Shown: positions 1-14,479, numbered from the whole stretch's first letter. The stretch is DNA of 63,396 nucleotides, filler included, from Sluysia triapertura (GCA_046118255.1; 5 parts of 5 records of this genome joined end to end with filler, not necessarily neighbours in it), one strand, 5' to 3'. The notes: generated from the letters alone by a model not told the origin. Numbers and translations are program-made.

Positions 1-106
1 CTAACTATATGGATCCTAAAAGGGGGTCGTTTCATGGCAAAGTATATGATTACAAAACGTCTGAATTAGTTTATAAAAATGTTTTCATTCACTCTCAATT
101 TATTAT

Positions 107-1288
107 ATGGATGATACAATGCTTATCCAACCAAGACACTTAAAATCAAGTACCGACAATTTAAATAAATCAGCTTCATATAAATTCGATAAACTACTAA
201 ATGTAGACAAAAATTACCCAGATTATGAATTTCTTGAGAATAGTCAACTTTTCGTTGATCAAGTGTTAATAAAAAATATTTCGATTCGTAGTTTATTATA
301 TCGAAATTTTGAACTAGGTTCACCTTCGTCAATTTTGGTTAGCTCCTTTTATGCTGAAGATTTGTCAAGTCGTGATACTGACGATAGAATTGCAATTACT
401 TCATGTATTAATGAAAACTCTAAACATGAGTCACGACAAAATTTAATGTCATATCAACGAAAAACCATCCTCAATTCTGTTTTATCTTCAAAATCTAAAA
501 ATCATTTTAAGCGATACATTTTATTAGAAACTAAAAAAATTCAATTTTTGCCTTCATTGACATCACTGGAATATGATAATCTACTAAGTAAAGGCATCCG
601 ATTTCAAGAAGCACACATTTTTTATTTTAATAGACGACGAAGTTTTTGTTCCTTACTCAGTATTAGTCAATCAACACTCGGAATGGAAATGGAATATTTC
701 AAGGTTGAAAAAATTGATCTAGAAAATATAGAAGTAAATAATAAGATAAATAAAATGGATTCATCCGACTGTATCAATTCAATTGGTTCAAGAACCAAAG
801 TAGATGTTTCTTCACTAATAAAAGATTATTCCGATGATCTGGTTTCAGGACAATGTTCTTATTTACAGCCTATTTTTGCTAAGTTCAGGAAGATATTGTT
901 AAAATTTTGTGGTCAACTTAAATTTCGACAATACGTTCATCACAGCAACCTGCCACTTTGCAGACTGTCAAACAATGAAACAAGGTACAAATCTTTAATA
1001 GAGGCTGTTAATAAAATTTGTTATAAAATCAATTTTTACAACGTAAGTTTTAAATTCATTTATACATTAACTGTTATTTTAGTTAATTTACGTGTTACTT
1101 GGATCCGTGAAGCGCAATGTTGTGGTTCAATTCGCAGTGGGTATACGAAAGTAATAAGGTCTACAAACAAAAATTTCGATGTTGAAAAATATTTTACTCA
1201 TATGAAACTAAATATATTAAGTGTTGTATTAATAAATTTTCGTAGTATTATCAGTAAAATTGTTTCGTTTTTAGTAAATACAAATTAA
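107..1288 (+). CDS. Uncharacterised 393-aa ORF
   Basis: Only long uninterrupted ORF in the window, unlikely by chance in such AT-rich DNA. No motif recognised. Confidence 0.45.
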   Translation: MDDTMLIQPRHLKSSTDNLNKSASYKFDKLLNVDKNYPDYEFLENSQLFVDQVLIKNISIRSLLYRNFELGSPSSILVSSFYAEDLSSRDTDDRIAITSCINENSKHESRQNLMSYQRKTILNSVLSSKSKNHFKRYILLETKKIQFLPSLTSLEYDNLLSKGIRFQEAHIFYFNRRRSFCSLLSISQSTLGMEMEYFKVEKIDLENIEVNNKINKMDSSDCINSIGSRTKVDVSSLIKDYSDDLVSGQCSYLQPIFAKFRKILLKFCGQLKFRQYVHHSNLPLCRLSNNETRYKSLIEAVNKICYKINFYNVSFKFIYTLTVILVNLRVTWIREAQCCGSIRSGYTKVIRSTNKNFDVEKYFTHMKLNILSVVLINFRSIISKIVSFLVNTN

Positions 1289-2692
1289 TTTTATTAAATT
1301 TTGTGAAGATTGTTGATAATAAGTTCTCTAACAATTCTAAAATTTCGTTTAATAATGTAATTTGTAGTGATATGAAAGATAACAAATTACTTAAAAATCT
1401 AAAACCTGAGAAACCCCGGTATTTGAATTTAAAAAGAAAAGTTTTAACGAACTATTATATAAGCTTATGTATAATTCTTACAAAGTTCATCAATAGAACT
1501 ATCCGTAAGACACTAAATCTTTTCTTTGAACTCATTCAAAACAAAAGTATAAATACTTGCATTAATTTATCTAAAGCACAACGTACTAATTTGTTATTAA
1601 TCTATAATATAAAAATTTATTTTGAACGCCCTCAACCATACCTTTATTTTACACATAATTTCCTGTTCTTCCATAAAAATTTTGCTTAGCATATTTAAGA
1701 GTCTTAGATTATTACTACTGTGTACGTTTTCCAATTCTTGCTATTTCATTTCTCTATTTTTTGACGTTTCTATTATTTCAATTCCATTTTATATGAATTC
1801 TTTATTATTGGAATCCTTATTATTTGAATTCTCTATTATTTAAATTTTGACTTTCATATTTTTAATTTTGATAATTCAAAAATTACATTTTTAGTGTAAA
1901 TTTATTTTATGGATGATACTTAAAAAACAAAAAAATCGAAGCTTGAAAGCTCTAAATCCTATATATGATATTAATAATCTTAAAATAATAATTTTCGATT
2001 TTATAGTACAAACAGAAGTTGTTTTTTGCATTTCATTTAAAAAAATGTTTACATAAGTTTATTTCTTTATTATTGAATTTTTATAATTTGAGTCACTTTT
2101 TAGAAAAATCAAATTCGTGTAATCGAGTTTGTACATATTTTAGTTTTATTTTTAAATTATTTTTAATTTAACTTAATTAAATGCCTGTTTTTTCTTAATT
2201 ATGTAACTCCTTGCACTCCAGCCGAATGACTGATATACTACTCCAGCACTACATTGGTTACATTTATTGTATATAAATATATGAAATAAAAATACGATTG
2301 CTGTAATAAAATAAAATTTTATTATTTAGCGATAATGTGAGCAGCAAGAATGGATTTATAGTTCATATTGATAATGTCGCATTATCTTCGTCAACGGAGT
2401 GCTAAGGATCAATATATGTAAATAAACTAATAATATTGTTCTAATATTATTTCTAAATAGGTTTATCTATTTTGTATAATGTAACAGTTTTTGATTCAAA
2501 ATTGTATCTTTTTGTACACAGCGATATTTTCATATTCTAATTAATTGAAATATTATGTTGGTTTCGCAGAAACTACTGTTTGCATTGACATTTATAAAGC
2601 TTTCATAATATTTTCTTTCTTACGATCTTGTTTTTTATTTTACATTATAAAATAAAATCCTTTTGTAATTACATTATTTGATTATTTTGTAG

Positions 2693-5297
2693 AATTTTTC
2701 GAGTCGCCCTATCTTAAGACTTGTCAAACTCTTCAGAAACAGCATTATAAATCGAATCCACAAATATTACCTCGATCTAGTATTAATCGATCTGCGCAAG
2801 ATAGTGATTCAAGTTCTGTCTTGGCAGAAGATTCCACTCCTAAGAATTGGAATGCTCCTAAAGATTTTGCAACAGGATTTAACTATCCAGATCGATCGTA
2901 CTATTCTAAATATCAAAATATAAATGCTCAAGATAATAATAATGTTAGTTTTTTGTATTTTGTCAGAAATTAATATACAAAAATTATAATATTGGAATTT
3001 GACATTATAATTGAAATGTTTTGAAGTTATTACAAATTTGTGCACTCCTCTTCATTAACTGATAACAAAAAAAGCCGACACTTATCATAATTGGCTCAAA
3101 TATCCAGATCTTTAGTATTACGTGTCGCCATATATTAAGAATGTGATGCATTTATAAATCAATGATCTTAAACAAAGGAAAATATGAAGTATATATGTCC
3201 GTCTTTTCTGCTAGACCAATTCTTTTAACTGGATTACGTGATAGTGGATTTGGATGCATTAATAGGTACTGGAACTTGTTGAATTATAGAAATACTGGGT
3301 TTGTCTCGGTAATAATTTGTAAATTTTGTAAATAATTAGCTTGAAGTTATGACATTTCTGAGTCAGGAAAAGTCATTTTGATGATTTACAAGTGATCGTA
3401 AAATTCAATGGAGGTTTTGGTCTGAAAATATGGAAGGTCAAAAATTTCTATCAATCCTTAGTACGGTTTTGGTAAGGAATTTATCTGAGAATTTCAGTGT
3501 TTAAAGAAAATTAGAAAGTTATAAAATAAAATCATCTAGTGACTTAAAAATAGATCAAATTTGACAATGGAAAGATATGTATGATGATGTCAAGATTGCT
3601 AAAAGATGAAATGTAATAAAAAGAAAAGTGAATGAAATAAACGAATACGATGAATATCATGATAAACTATAATTATTAATTAGTTGTTTAAGTAAATAAA
3701 GAAGAAGCTAGGAACAAACCTTTAAACTTTTTAACTTTTGAAAATTTAAAAGCACATTAGTTAATTAATTTAATTAAAATCTTTTTAAAATCTTTTTCAT
3801 TCAATAATTTCGTGTATGATATAAACGTTTGAGAAAGTAGCATAATAATGAAATTTATCAGTATTATTAACACCACAATAATGCGAAACACGTCGACATA
3901 GATAGCGTTAAATAGTTAAATTTTCTTGATAATCGCAAGTAGTAAAAGAATATATCAATTTAATGATTATTAAGAGATCGTCATATGTATGGTACTGAAA
4001 TGGAAGCAAAAGTTATATAAATAAGTTTTATATTTGATCATGTTTGTATTTAATTTAAATTGATGTAGGAATAAGTATTGTTACGATGATTATGTTAAAT
4101 ATTGATTTTATTATTTTGAATTTTTCACACAACTTATTATTTTAGAATAATTGCTGAATGTTAATAAGTTGAAGATCAACAAAGTTAATTATAAATTTTA
4201 ATTGCTAAAATTGGACAGTTTAAAACAGTCTTTAAGGAATAAGCATGTCGAATTCCCAATTTCATAGCAATTATCAAAATACTATATACAAACTTATTTT
4301 TGCTATGAACAAACACAAGTAGTACTGTAAGATGAATATTTCAAGGCAGTAGTGATAAGCAATGTGATTGAATCTTTTATTTCTTTAGTAATTAATTAAT
4401 TTGTTTTAACGTGCTTAGTTGAACCTAGACCTTTATTGTGTTTATTAATTTATTTGCTATTTGGATACTAACATTTATATATGTTGTATTAATCCTGGGT
4501 TTAAATTTACTTTGGTAATTTATAATGATATTTTGAGATATCATTGGATTATTATTGAATTATAATGAGTTTATTGGAGTTGATTTTCGTTGTGGTAACG
4601 TTAAATGTACTGAGATTTGGATTTGTTTAATTTTGTTATAAAATACTTTTTATTAATTTAATAAGAATACAATAGGAAGATACTGTTTCTTGTTTGTTAT
4701 TCATCACAATTTCTTTAAATACAATTAATTTAAATACAATTAATTTTAAAATAATGCACAAAAAAGCAACAGCAACAACTAATATTCGTAAATAGAAGAG
4801 ATCTTCTTTTGATGTCATTGCTAAATTAACATTATCTTGCTTTATTTTAAATTATGTTCAATGAAACTTTTTCAATTTCTTTAGGATACATTATCTAGCT
4901 ATTACTGAAAATATTCTAAGTATTTAGTTGAACGTAAAAAAATAAAAATAAGACATGAAAAACAAAAATAAAAAGTATAAAATTATTGTAGCTTTACCAA
5001 GAATCTGAAACATTTCGCAGTGAAAGTAGTTACGTAACAGTAACTACTAATGCATCCATTGATGATGAGATAAATAATGATTACGATGATACAGCTAATT
5101 GGGCCTTATATCACAATAAAACTGATATTCCTGTTATACCTCCAAATCCTGCTCGTCGAATATCGCCATACCATCATGGTATTAGTAACATTGTAACAAG
5201 TAACAAATGTGATGATATGTTGTCAACTGCGTATACAGAATCGACAGTTCAAGATGATCAAAATTACGGCCTAACGTTAGATGTGTTATGTTTATAA
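2693..5297 (+). CDS. Candidate spliced exons 2693-2943 and 4992-5297, low-complexity tail of an unidentified (possibly decaying) membrane protein
   Basis: Both segments are stop-free and follow ttgtag acceptors. 2943 is followed by a gttagt donor, and the phases join in frame (...QDNNN|LYQESETF...LDVLCL*). A hydrophobic stretch (IFFLTILFFILHY) lies just upstream but is interrupted by stops. Confidence 0.35.
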
Positions 5298-6279
5298 TTT
5301 TCATTTAAACTGTTCTTTATAAAATTACTGATTTTTTAAAAATATTTTATATTTTAAGTATTACTACTTTACTTTATAAGAGAAATTTTAACATTAAAAA
5401 TTGTGTAATCAAAAACTATGATCGTATATTTTATCGTTTCGACTTTTCATCAAATTTTATAACTTTATTTAATGTTATGTTTGATAATGATAATAATTAT
5501 TCAAGTAAACATACTGATTCAATATTTTAATAATTCCAAGCATATTTAATTTAACTCGACATGTTAAACGTTATTCAATAGAAGAGAAATTTTGTCTTAA
5601 ACCCTTTGCGGTTACCTGGCCATTTCATGTTTGTCATAGAAAGATGAATACATGTTTCTTTAAATTCTATTTCAAGATCTTCAATTTGGGTTTCTCGAAA
5701 GAAGTCCCACAAATGATTTCATTCTGCCTGTTTACGTGAGATAAAAAACCATGAGTAGAATGATAAAAATTTCTGTGCATGCACTACACTCAGAGTGGAA
5801 ATTATAGTTCTCTCAAGAATACTATGTTTTGTGGTATTTTGGTTTGAGAACATTTATTTATTATTACATGAAGGTTGTGATTAAATTTGATGCGGGAAAA
5901 TCGCGAGAAGTTGATTGATTTCGAAAAATATAGAAATCTGAATGAAAGTAATGAAGCGACTAGAGTAGAATTTATCTATAATCATAGTTTAGGACTTCCA
6001 CAATTCTAAATGCTGAATAGACGTGATAAAATATCCTATCACATTGTAGACAACTGATACATCCAAGCGCTAACATAAATAAACTCATACTCTACGTATG
6101 TGTAGCGGCAATAAGCGTTATTCGGCTATTAAAACAAGTAAATTCATCAGAAAGCTTATTGATGCTATCCGACTGTCGTGGAAACGCAAAAATGCTTATT
6201 GATGTGACTCATACTTAAAGTGTCAAGAGTTCTATAAACATTGAAACCATTACCTTGTAATTCTTTTCTGGTCAGTTTA

Positions 6280-6880
6280 AATAGATTCTTGGCACTTCGC
6301 TAAGGCTACGACGTTCGTGAATATTTTTATGAATATTTTTATTCATCTGTTTGTCGGAACTATTTCTTTTGTAATTTAGGCTTAGAAGTTAAACTCCGTG
6401 AGACGACGATTACTATGTGCCCATTTGAAATAGTTAATAAATTTTCTGAATCGTTAAGCTTTGTCATAATATTCGTGAACAACCAGCGAAATATTTTTAT
6501 TTAGTAGTCGAAACGTATCACTTAAATTAAAAAATATCTCGTCGCATTTCATAACTTGAACAGTATTTTACGTGATGAGCTCTAAGGAAACTATAAACAT
6601 GTTCATTACAAAGTCCACTATTCGTGTACCAAAATATTAAAATTCCATTTGAAATCATTAGCCTTGCTGCTGGCAAACTGATCAAACGAAATTCATCTAG
6701 ACTTAGACATGATTCATAATTTTTACCTGAAGTAATACTAAAAGGTAAATCCGTTTTTATTAATTACAAGAACGACCTATATTTCAATAAACTTAACGAG
6801 ACATTATTCGCACTCATAATACTAACATTTCCACTACGAAATGGAGGTGGTATTAAAGAAAACATTCGAGAATAATATTT
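6280..6880 (-). pseudogene. METTL4/DAMT-1-like (MT-A70 family) N6-adenine methyltransferase pseudogene
   Basis: Minus-strand blocks in the METTL4 order: FSLIPPPFRSGNV; LIKTDLPF (DPPW position, 6740-6751); KNYESCLSLDEFRLISLPAARLMISNGILIFWYTN (cf. IPIPKLAAPNCLLVTWVTN); KCDEIFFNL; ISNGHIVIVVSRSLTSKPKL (cf. IPDHKLIVSVPCTLHSHKPPL). Stops and frameshifts separate the blocks. Confidence 0.6.
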
Positions 6881-9665
6881 ATAAACTGAACTTATACTTT
6901 CAAATAAATCAAAATTGAATATCATTTTTAAGAGGTAATCACTTTTTTAAAATTTATTAAAAATCATGAAATTATTTATTAGAAATGCAACAAAAAACAA
7001 TATACAAATATTTATGTAAATAAATCTCTTAATATGCTTTCTTTTGGTGGATTGGCTGACTTCATGAGTTTATCTTCCATCCAATGCGCATTGATTTAAA
7101 TCTTTGATAATTTTCTAAATGACATGCCTCTGTAATTGTTTGGTTTCTTCATCTATTTCCTCATTATGACACAAGTGAAGTTAATTTATAATTTTGTAGT
7201 TCAATTTATTGGTTGTTTTCATCTGCAGGATTCGCAATTGATTCTTGTTCTACGATTTTAGAATTCGTTTTTAAAATTGTAACTAGAGTCATTTTTATTT
7301 GATTAAAGTCAATGTTTTAGTGTATTATTGCAACTAATTTAGTAACGGATTTTAATATATATTTGTATATTGCCGTTAATAGTAAACAGAAATCTTTCCG
7401 TAAATAGATTTTTGTAATTGTCTTGAAAATTTTTAATAATTCCTCTATAAAAATTGAAATATTAGATGGTATAAATATTAGTTTTATATTAAACAAATTA
7501 GCGTCTATATAAACAAATGGAAAAGAAACATAATTGTAATGAATGCATGTCAATGAAATGTGTCTAGTGGACTGCAAAGGGTGAAAATATTGCAGTACTA
7601 ATTTTATTTTTTACATTAAATTGATTAGGAAAATGTTTTATTTAAAACATCATTTTATTTATGATATTGTAAAATTTATAAATTTATGTGAATATGAACA
7701 TGATTTTGTTTTGAGTAAAAGTTTAGTTGATTTTCGTTTAGACTTTGACTTTCAATTCTTTTTACTCAAAATTTACTCTGGAATCTTACCGTAGTCTGAA
7801 TTTTAATCGAATAACTTAATTTGCAAATCTAGTTGATTTAATGCTAAGATTCCTTCCGAAATCTTAACAATGTAAATTATTTCTAGGGTTGCTACTTTAT
7901 CTAAATCTGGCCTTATAAAATCTACGCAATTTAATTATTATCTATTTAGTTTGCTGATGAACTTTTTCTCTTAAATCTCTGAATAATTTACTATGAATTT
8001 ATGAAATAACTTCTTATTCAATTCACTTAAAATAATACTCTTATATAAGTTCGAAGGTTTAGTTAGATATTCGTCTTAGTTGTTACATATGGAAATGCTA
8101 ATAAAATGTTTGTAATCTATGGTTTTTTAATCGGATTCAATTTCTCAATTCCTCGAAAAAGAAATCAGTAAGGTATTAAGCTTTAATAAAATTTTATTAG
8201 TATCAAAATACATTATTGAATAACAATAAAAAATGGACACATAATTACTCTAATTTAAATTTACAAAAATCAACGGAGTTTAAGTTTTAACAAAATTTTC
8301 TCATTGTTACATAAAAATTTATAAGTGAATTGCAATAAATATTAATTATACAGTTATTTTCATGTAAATTTATTTGTACCTTAAGGTTTAATTTTATAAT
8401 TGTTGAAATAAACAAAACGTACTTTAAGCAGTAGTTCAATACTACAAACAATAAATATCGAATGTTATTATTCAATCAGTAATCAATATTTGACTAAGGA
8501 GTCAACAACCGAATAAACCTGAATCAATAATTGATTTAAACTGTTTTGTCTTGTCGAACCATAAAATAATTCAAACCAAAATAATCAACTACTACTAAAT
8601 ATTTAGTCAACCATTGCTTTATTTATGCTCGTATTCTTTCTATAATATTCACTTATATAATTTAGTAATTCAACATCAACATATAGTATTGCTGAGTTTA
8701 TATCTCTTAACTAGTAAATTGTAAATGCATTGACATATTATAGATGAATTTCATTTAATTACAAAATTATAACATCCTAGAACGATTTTGCACAAAAATA
8801 TGTACCTAGAAATTTTGCAACAATTTTTATGTGTGAAAATTCATAAAGCAACAATTTTATTTGTGAAATGATACAGAAAACTAGTAGATAAATTATTGTC
8901 GTTTTTGTACATTTTTCTTTCTCTATTTTATTTTTTAAGTTATTTCTGATTAAATTAACCGTTTCTTCTTGAATGAATGTGTACATATATGCCCACAGAG
9001 GGTCCTAAATGTCTATTCTAATGTATGTCGATTATTTATATTAAGCTTAATTTAATTCGATGCCATATTCGCACATTGTTATTTGTTGAAACTATGTACA
9101 AATTACAATAAATAATTAAATATTAAAATATTTTTATATGGAACACTTCTTCGGAAATATTGGTTTAATTTAGATTCATTGAACATTTTCCAAATAATTT
9201 CTCAACTAATCTTATATGTATTCTTGATCTGCAGTTCACGTAAATATTTGTCATACTTTTGCAACCCAGTACTCTTTCAAAATCGGAAATTTTTTGTAAA
9301 TCAGGATTACCTTATAAACGAACGATTGTAAATCAATTATATTTTAAAGTATAAATCGATAATTATATTTAACAAACATAATTCAGCAATTATTACCAAC
9401 GATTATAGCAAAATAATTGTCTTCTAAAAAAATTTGATGCTTTTATACCATGTTCCCGTTTACGAATTATGATCAATTACTATTTAATTTTCATCACATA
9501 AGATTTTTACTATAATCAACTTCATTTTAATAATTGTTTTACTAATTTAATTCTGTACTGTGACTAGATAATATGTTTTCATCATGTTTGTGTGTTATTT
9601 ACTAAATTCAAAATCTTAACTAAATCGCTTAAGGCTTTAAAAAGTAGTTTATTAGTTTGATTACA

Positions 9666-9935
9666 GAATTACATTGGTTGCCAATAAAAGCAAGAATAGA
9701 ATTTAAAATCATGACAATAATTTACAAATGGATGTCTTTTAGAAATAATACGAAAATTGGAAACCAAGATGAATATTTCATTGAGGTATAATAATAATCT
9801 ATACAGAATCCACAGTGATAACGAGCTAGATGACAGGTTGTATACTGTTTATGTCTCAAAAATATACAACCAGTTACCAGAGAATGTCAAATTACTGGAA
9901 GATTATGAAATATTTAAGAAAAAGGCAAAGTTCTA
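9666..9935 (+). mobile_element. L2/CR1-group LINE ORF2 C-terminal fragment, copy 1 (internally deleted)
   Basis: ELHWLPIKARIEFKIMTIIYK ... IYNQLPENVKLLEDYEIFKKKAKF, the typical L2-clade ORF2 C-terminus. Near-identical to 54550-54971 and 56317-56663. Confidence 0.8.
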
Positions 9936-10019
9936 TTAAAATTTTCAAACAACATTCACAAACAAAAACAAAAATTTCTGTGTGCAGTAAAATGAGATTG
10001 TGAAAAGTTAGAAACTACG

Positions 10020-10260
10020 TGCTTGAGATATCGGTCAACTGGAGCTGTATGTAATCTAGCTCGTAAAAATGGTAGCTGCATGATAGTGCATAGCTTCGCT
10101 TCGCTTCGTTTGTGATTCTAGACGGTACCACTTGTTTAAATTTGAATTCAAAAGTACTTTGTAAGTGCAGTTTCCATTATGTCGCACAGCGGATAATCAG
10201 TAGTGATATGTTATCACGTTGGCCGTAAAATCCATCTAAACACTCTATAAACTTAAGAGC
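10020..10260 (-). pseudogene. Decayed EGF-repeat-like coding fragment
   Basis: ECLDGFYGQR and RHNGNCTY occur in different minus frames and resemble EGF CxxGFxG and CxNxGxC motifs. Confidence 0.3.
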
Positions 10261-11894
10261 AAATTTTGAACTATAATTTGATTGTAATTCACAAAAAATT
10301 GCGTAACAATTAAACTTCTATACTAAATCTTCTAAGACGTCGGTCATTTGTATTATGGTGAAGCAACCAGCTGTAAGAAAATATTTCTTTGCTTTTTCCA
10401 ACTCAAACTTAAGCTGGAGAGTCCATCGGAGATCGAGTATATATAAATTCTTATTGCTGAAATTATTCATCCATAACATAAAATACATGGCTAGGTGTAC
10501 TTTCTGTGATAGGAATTTCAACTAAAAAATGCAAAAAAATTAACGAATTGAACCGGCAACCACAATTTTTATAAATCAATAATAACTGCAGTTAGAATAG
10601 ATCCTTTATCAAATGTTACTCGAATTATACGTGATGATCATTTTCGACTGAATTTATAAAAGTACATATAATTATATTTAAACATACATAACTATATTTA
10701 AATATGAACAGCGTACATGTGATATTTCCATGCAGTAAACGTTGATTGTAAAAAAACTAGGAATAACAATTGAAGTATATTTGATATCAATTAGCACAAG
10801 AAAAAAATTAATAAAATACAATGCTTAAATGAACAAAAATGTGGCAATTTATTGAAATCAAATAACTTTCACTTTTTAACGGATGAATAATCGATTAGTA
10901 CATTACATTTCATAATTAATATTTCAGCGATATATTGACATTCTAAAATTTTACCATTTAAATCATTCACTATCTACTTTGATTTAGTTTACTATGCCAG
11001 CAAGTTTAACTTTTAACTTATCTTTCCTGAAGCTCAGTTTACAAGGTTTTTAAATATAATAGGTGCGTTAGTAAATATCCATTGAGATATTCGGAAAATA
11101 ATTGCTGCACTTGGTTATGCTTGTTCACAAAAAAACTAAATCGACGTAGACTTGTAGTGATGATCATGGACATAAAAGGGTTGATGCTAAAAAAACTAAA
11201 TTTAATGTTAACGTAATTCGTTAACATGATTTTGATATGGTTGATTTTATGTAACATTTGTGATTTGAGGTTGGTATCGGATGTAATGAAATGTTTATGT
11301 ATGCAGTGGGTTTGATGTGGAGAAAAGTTTGAATGTAGATTATACTGGGTATATTGTGTTAGTTATGTATAACTAACATATGTATGAATTTATGTATAAA
11401 TTGTTGCGAAGGTAGCAACAAAACCGTCATGTGTGCTTCACTTTATATCTAATTAGCCAGTTAGTATTTATTTGTCTCTTAGCATTAACTTTTAGTGCAT
11501 TTTCGTTGCTTTATTGATATCTGCTTTTGATCCGTAAAGTTTTCTGGAAGTTAATTAAGTGTGATGGATTCTTCCTTTTTCCCTTCATGCCTGTTTGCTT
11601 ATTTTTTGTTATTTAAAGAAGTTTCCGATCCTTTTTGAATTGTAAAGTGAATATTCATGGATACTTAGATATTGTAAAGTAAGTGCAATGCACTTACATA
11701 ATTTTATTCAAAATGTTTTATTTTCGTTTTTATTTCAGTAAAATATTTTTCGAAAACCTTAATTATTTTATGCTTCAATTCAGTCATCAAAAGATTAAAA
11801 TTTAAATATGTAATAATGAATGCGCTTTGTTTTGTTAATACTTTGACAACCATTCTCATGAACTGAGTGTCTGCCGCATTTAATATCTGTATGT

Positions 11895-12200
11895 AGGAAA
11901 TCACATCAAAATTTCAACACCTCATCACATAAAAACATTTCTTACATACACAGAACACTAAATAAACTACTTGACTCATTCAAGAAACAAACCTAGTCAT
12001 TGTACATAGTTATCATAAACTAAAGTTATTGTTATTATAAATCCAATCATATTAAAATATATAATTATTATGATTGTTACATAATATGATTATCATATAA
12101 TAACTCTTATAATAACATCACGATATCATCAACAGCATCATTTTAAAATAACAATTATATCATTGTTATCATTACTATCTCTGTTTCTTTTTACATGTTC
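11895..12200 (+). repeat. Dispersed ~280-300 bp repeat family, copy 1 (its 5' ~45 bp is re-duplicated at 12208-12247)
   Basis: Aligns by eye to 22845-23150 (+) and 13614-13880 (-), e.g. atttcttacata..aacactaaataaa.tacttg..tcatt and tagtcattgta.ata.ttatcat. Confidence 0.65.
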
Positions 12201-12269
12201 TTTTTTTGGAAATCACATCAAAATTTCAACATAAAACATTTCTTACACTGTACTATCACAATCTCATCA

Positions 12270-12390
12270 GATTTAACGTTAGAAAATCTTGGTTTTCCTG
12301 AATCCATGGCATGAATAATTATACCATCTTGATGTGTTCTGTAACACTAGGGAAATGTTTCTCTGAAGTTCAGCCAATACAAATGAAATT
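12270..12390 (-). pseudogene. Cadherin-repeat remnant
   Basis: LNFRETFP*CY...IIIHAMDSGKPRFS resembles the cadherin LDRE...Y.L.V.A.D.G.P.LS consensus, with an in-frame stop. Confidence 0.4.
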
Positions 12391-13512
12391 GTCTGAATCA
12401 TTGAGTTAATTGTTTTTTTTAATTTTAAATATGGATATTAAATTTGCAACATCACAGTAATTGTTAAAACTATATTAAATTAAAAGAAACCTTTGTTTTT
12501 GGATTTTGTAAAATTGTTTTTACATTAACCATTCTCATTCAAAAATGCTAACCAAACATTTTTATATTTTTAATGGTTAAATATATGAAATTATATTTTT
12601 GTTTCAGTCGTAAAAATAGAGGAGTATTCATATCATTTCATAAAATTATTCTGGCTTACAAATCGGTTTGATTTATATTCTTTTTTATATTCGGACTATT
12701 ATATTTATTTGACTTTGATTTTGTTTTCATAAATGAAAATTATATTTCCATATATATAGATCTAAATAACTTTCATTTGCCATTCGGTATTGCTATAGTT
12801 TTATAAAATAAAATTCTTTACTTAATTTCTGCCTTTTTATTTTTTACTTAATGTGGGATATTTAAATTAGAATTCAAAAATTTGTAGAAATTGAATTTAA
12901 TATAACAATATTTTATTTTATAACTGACAAAAATTGACACATCAAACTGTTTATTAGTAAAGAAACATATATTGAAGTTTAACCTCTTAGTGTTAAATTT
13001 TTATAATAATTGTATATCAAATTGAATGTAATGATACAGGAAACAAGAATATGAAAAAAATTTATTATGGTTCGTTATGAAGATATATGAAATAATAATG
13101 AAAATTTTGGAATTTTGAATTAAACAAGGTGTTACTTAATAGAAAATTGCATGTTAAGAAACTTTGAAGAAAACTTTTTTTGGAAACAAAGCGATGATGA
13201 GATATTACGTAAAAACGAAATTTTTAAAAATTTTTTGATAAAACGACGTTTTTTAATTGTGTAGCCACTAATCGAAGAATTTGTAGTTTGGATTTGATCA
13301 TTAAAATACTGCAAAAGCTCTTTACTTAGAGTTGGTTTTATTTCTAAGGTAGATAGTAGATTAGCAATACGTTCAGCAGCATCATTAATTTTTTTGTTAT
13401 CATAGAACGGTTGTAAATCTTCAACCCCATATGCGTATGTAAATAATTGTAATTATTGAAAATATGATTGATTAATTTAATTATTTGTGAATAATTTTTA
13501 ATAATTTGAATA

Positions 13513-13612
13513 NNNNNNNNNNNNNNNNNNNNNNNNNNNNNNNNNNNNNNNNNNNNTTAATTAATTAANNNNNNNNNNNNNNNNNNNNNNNNNNNNNNNN
13601 NNNNNNNNNNNN
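13513..13612. other. Artificial contig linker (44 N + TTAATTAATTAA + 44 N)
   Basis: Six-frame stop linker, identical at four places in the window. Confidence 0.97.
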
Positions 13613-13613
13613 A

Positions 13614-13880
13614 AACAGAAGAGAGTGAAAAAGTAAAGTAATTGTGACGATAATAAAAGTCATAACCATAATAATCATAAAATTAAAATTATAATAGAAG
13701 TATTATGCAGTTTAATATGATAATTTTAAATTATTATGAGAATTATTATTGTGATAGAATTATGATAACTTATGACAATTATGCATTATGACTGTGTTTG
13801 TTTTTTTGAATGAATTGAGCATTTTATTTATGAAAGAAATGTTCATTTGTGAAGAAATGTGTTTGTGATTTTGATGTATA
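13614..13880 (-). repeat. Dispersed ~280-300 bp repeat family, copy 2
   Basis: Reverse complement resembles 11900-12190 and 22845-23140. Confidence 0.55.
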
Positions 13881-14479
13881 GATGTATATTAAATTTTGAT
13901 TTTATTATACTCAATTAGATAAGTGCTTGTTTATCACAAAACTCATTACATTTGGATAATTACTGACAACCACTAAGACCGAAAGTGGACAAAAAATTTG
14001 TCAAATTTTGGTTATTAATTTAATATAAACATTAACTAAGTCAAATTCCCGACTTCATAGAAATTATCTAAACCCTACATAAAGAACCACATTTTTGCTA
14101 CGATACAAAACAAATGATATTGCAATAACGTATGAAGTTATTTTGCGGTTGTATCGTGCATTCATTTAGTAGCTTACCAAAATTTGTTAACAACTTTATT
14201 CCTAGAAAAATATTGTCAGGATACTACTTTAATTGTTACTATTTCTATTAGAAAACTTTACATTTTATAGAAACTTTTCACAACTTTAAAATTTAATATC
14301 AAGTAACACGACACCACTCCTAAAATTTACTGCAAAATATAAATCGATCTCGCCTCACAATAATTAGCGCCAAAATATTAATTTGGATTTTATCAAATAT
14401 TTTATAATATTAAACTACTTTAAAAAGTATTAATTTATTTTCTCTGGATTTTAACTATTGACTTAATCAAGGTAAACTT

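Noticed and set aside
13557-13568. TTAATTAATTAA as a recurring biological motif
   Set aside because: Always centred in exactly 88 Ns; it is an assembly linker.
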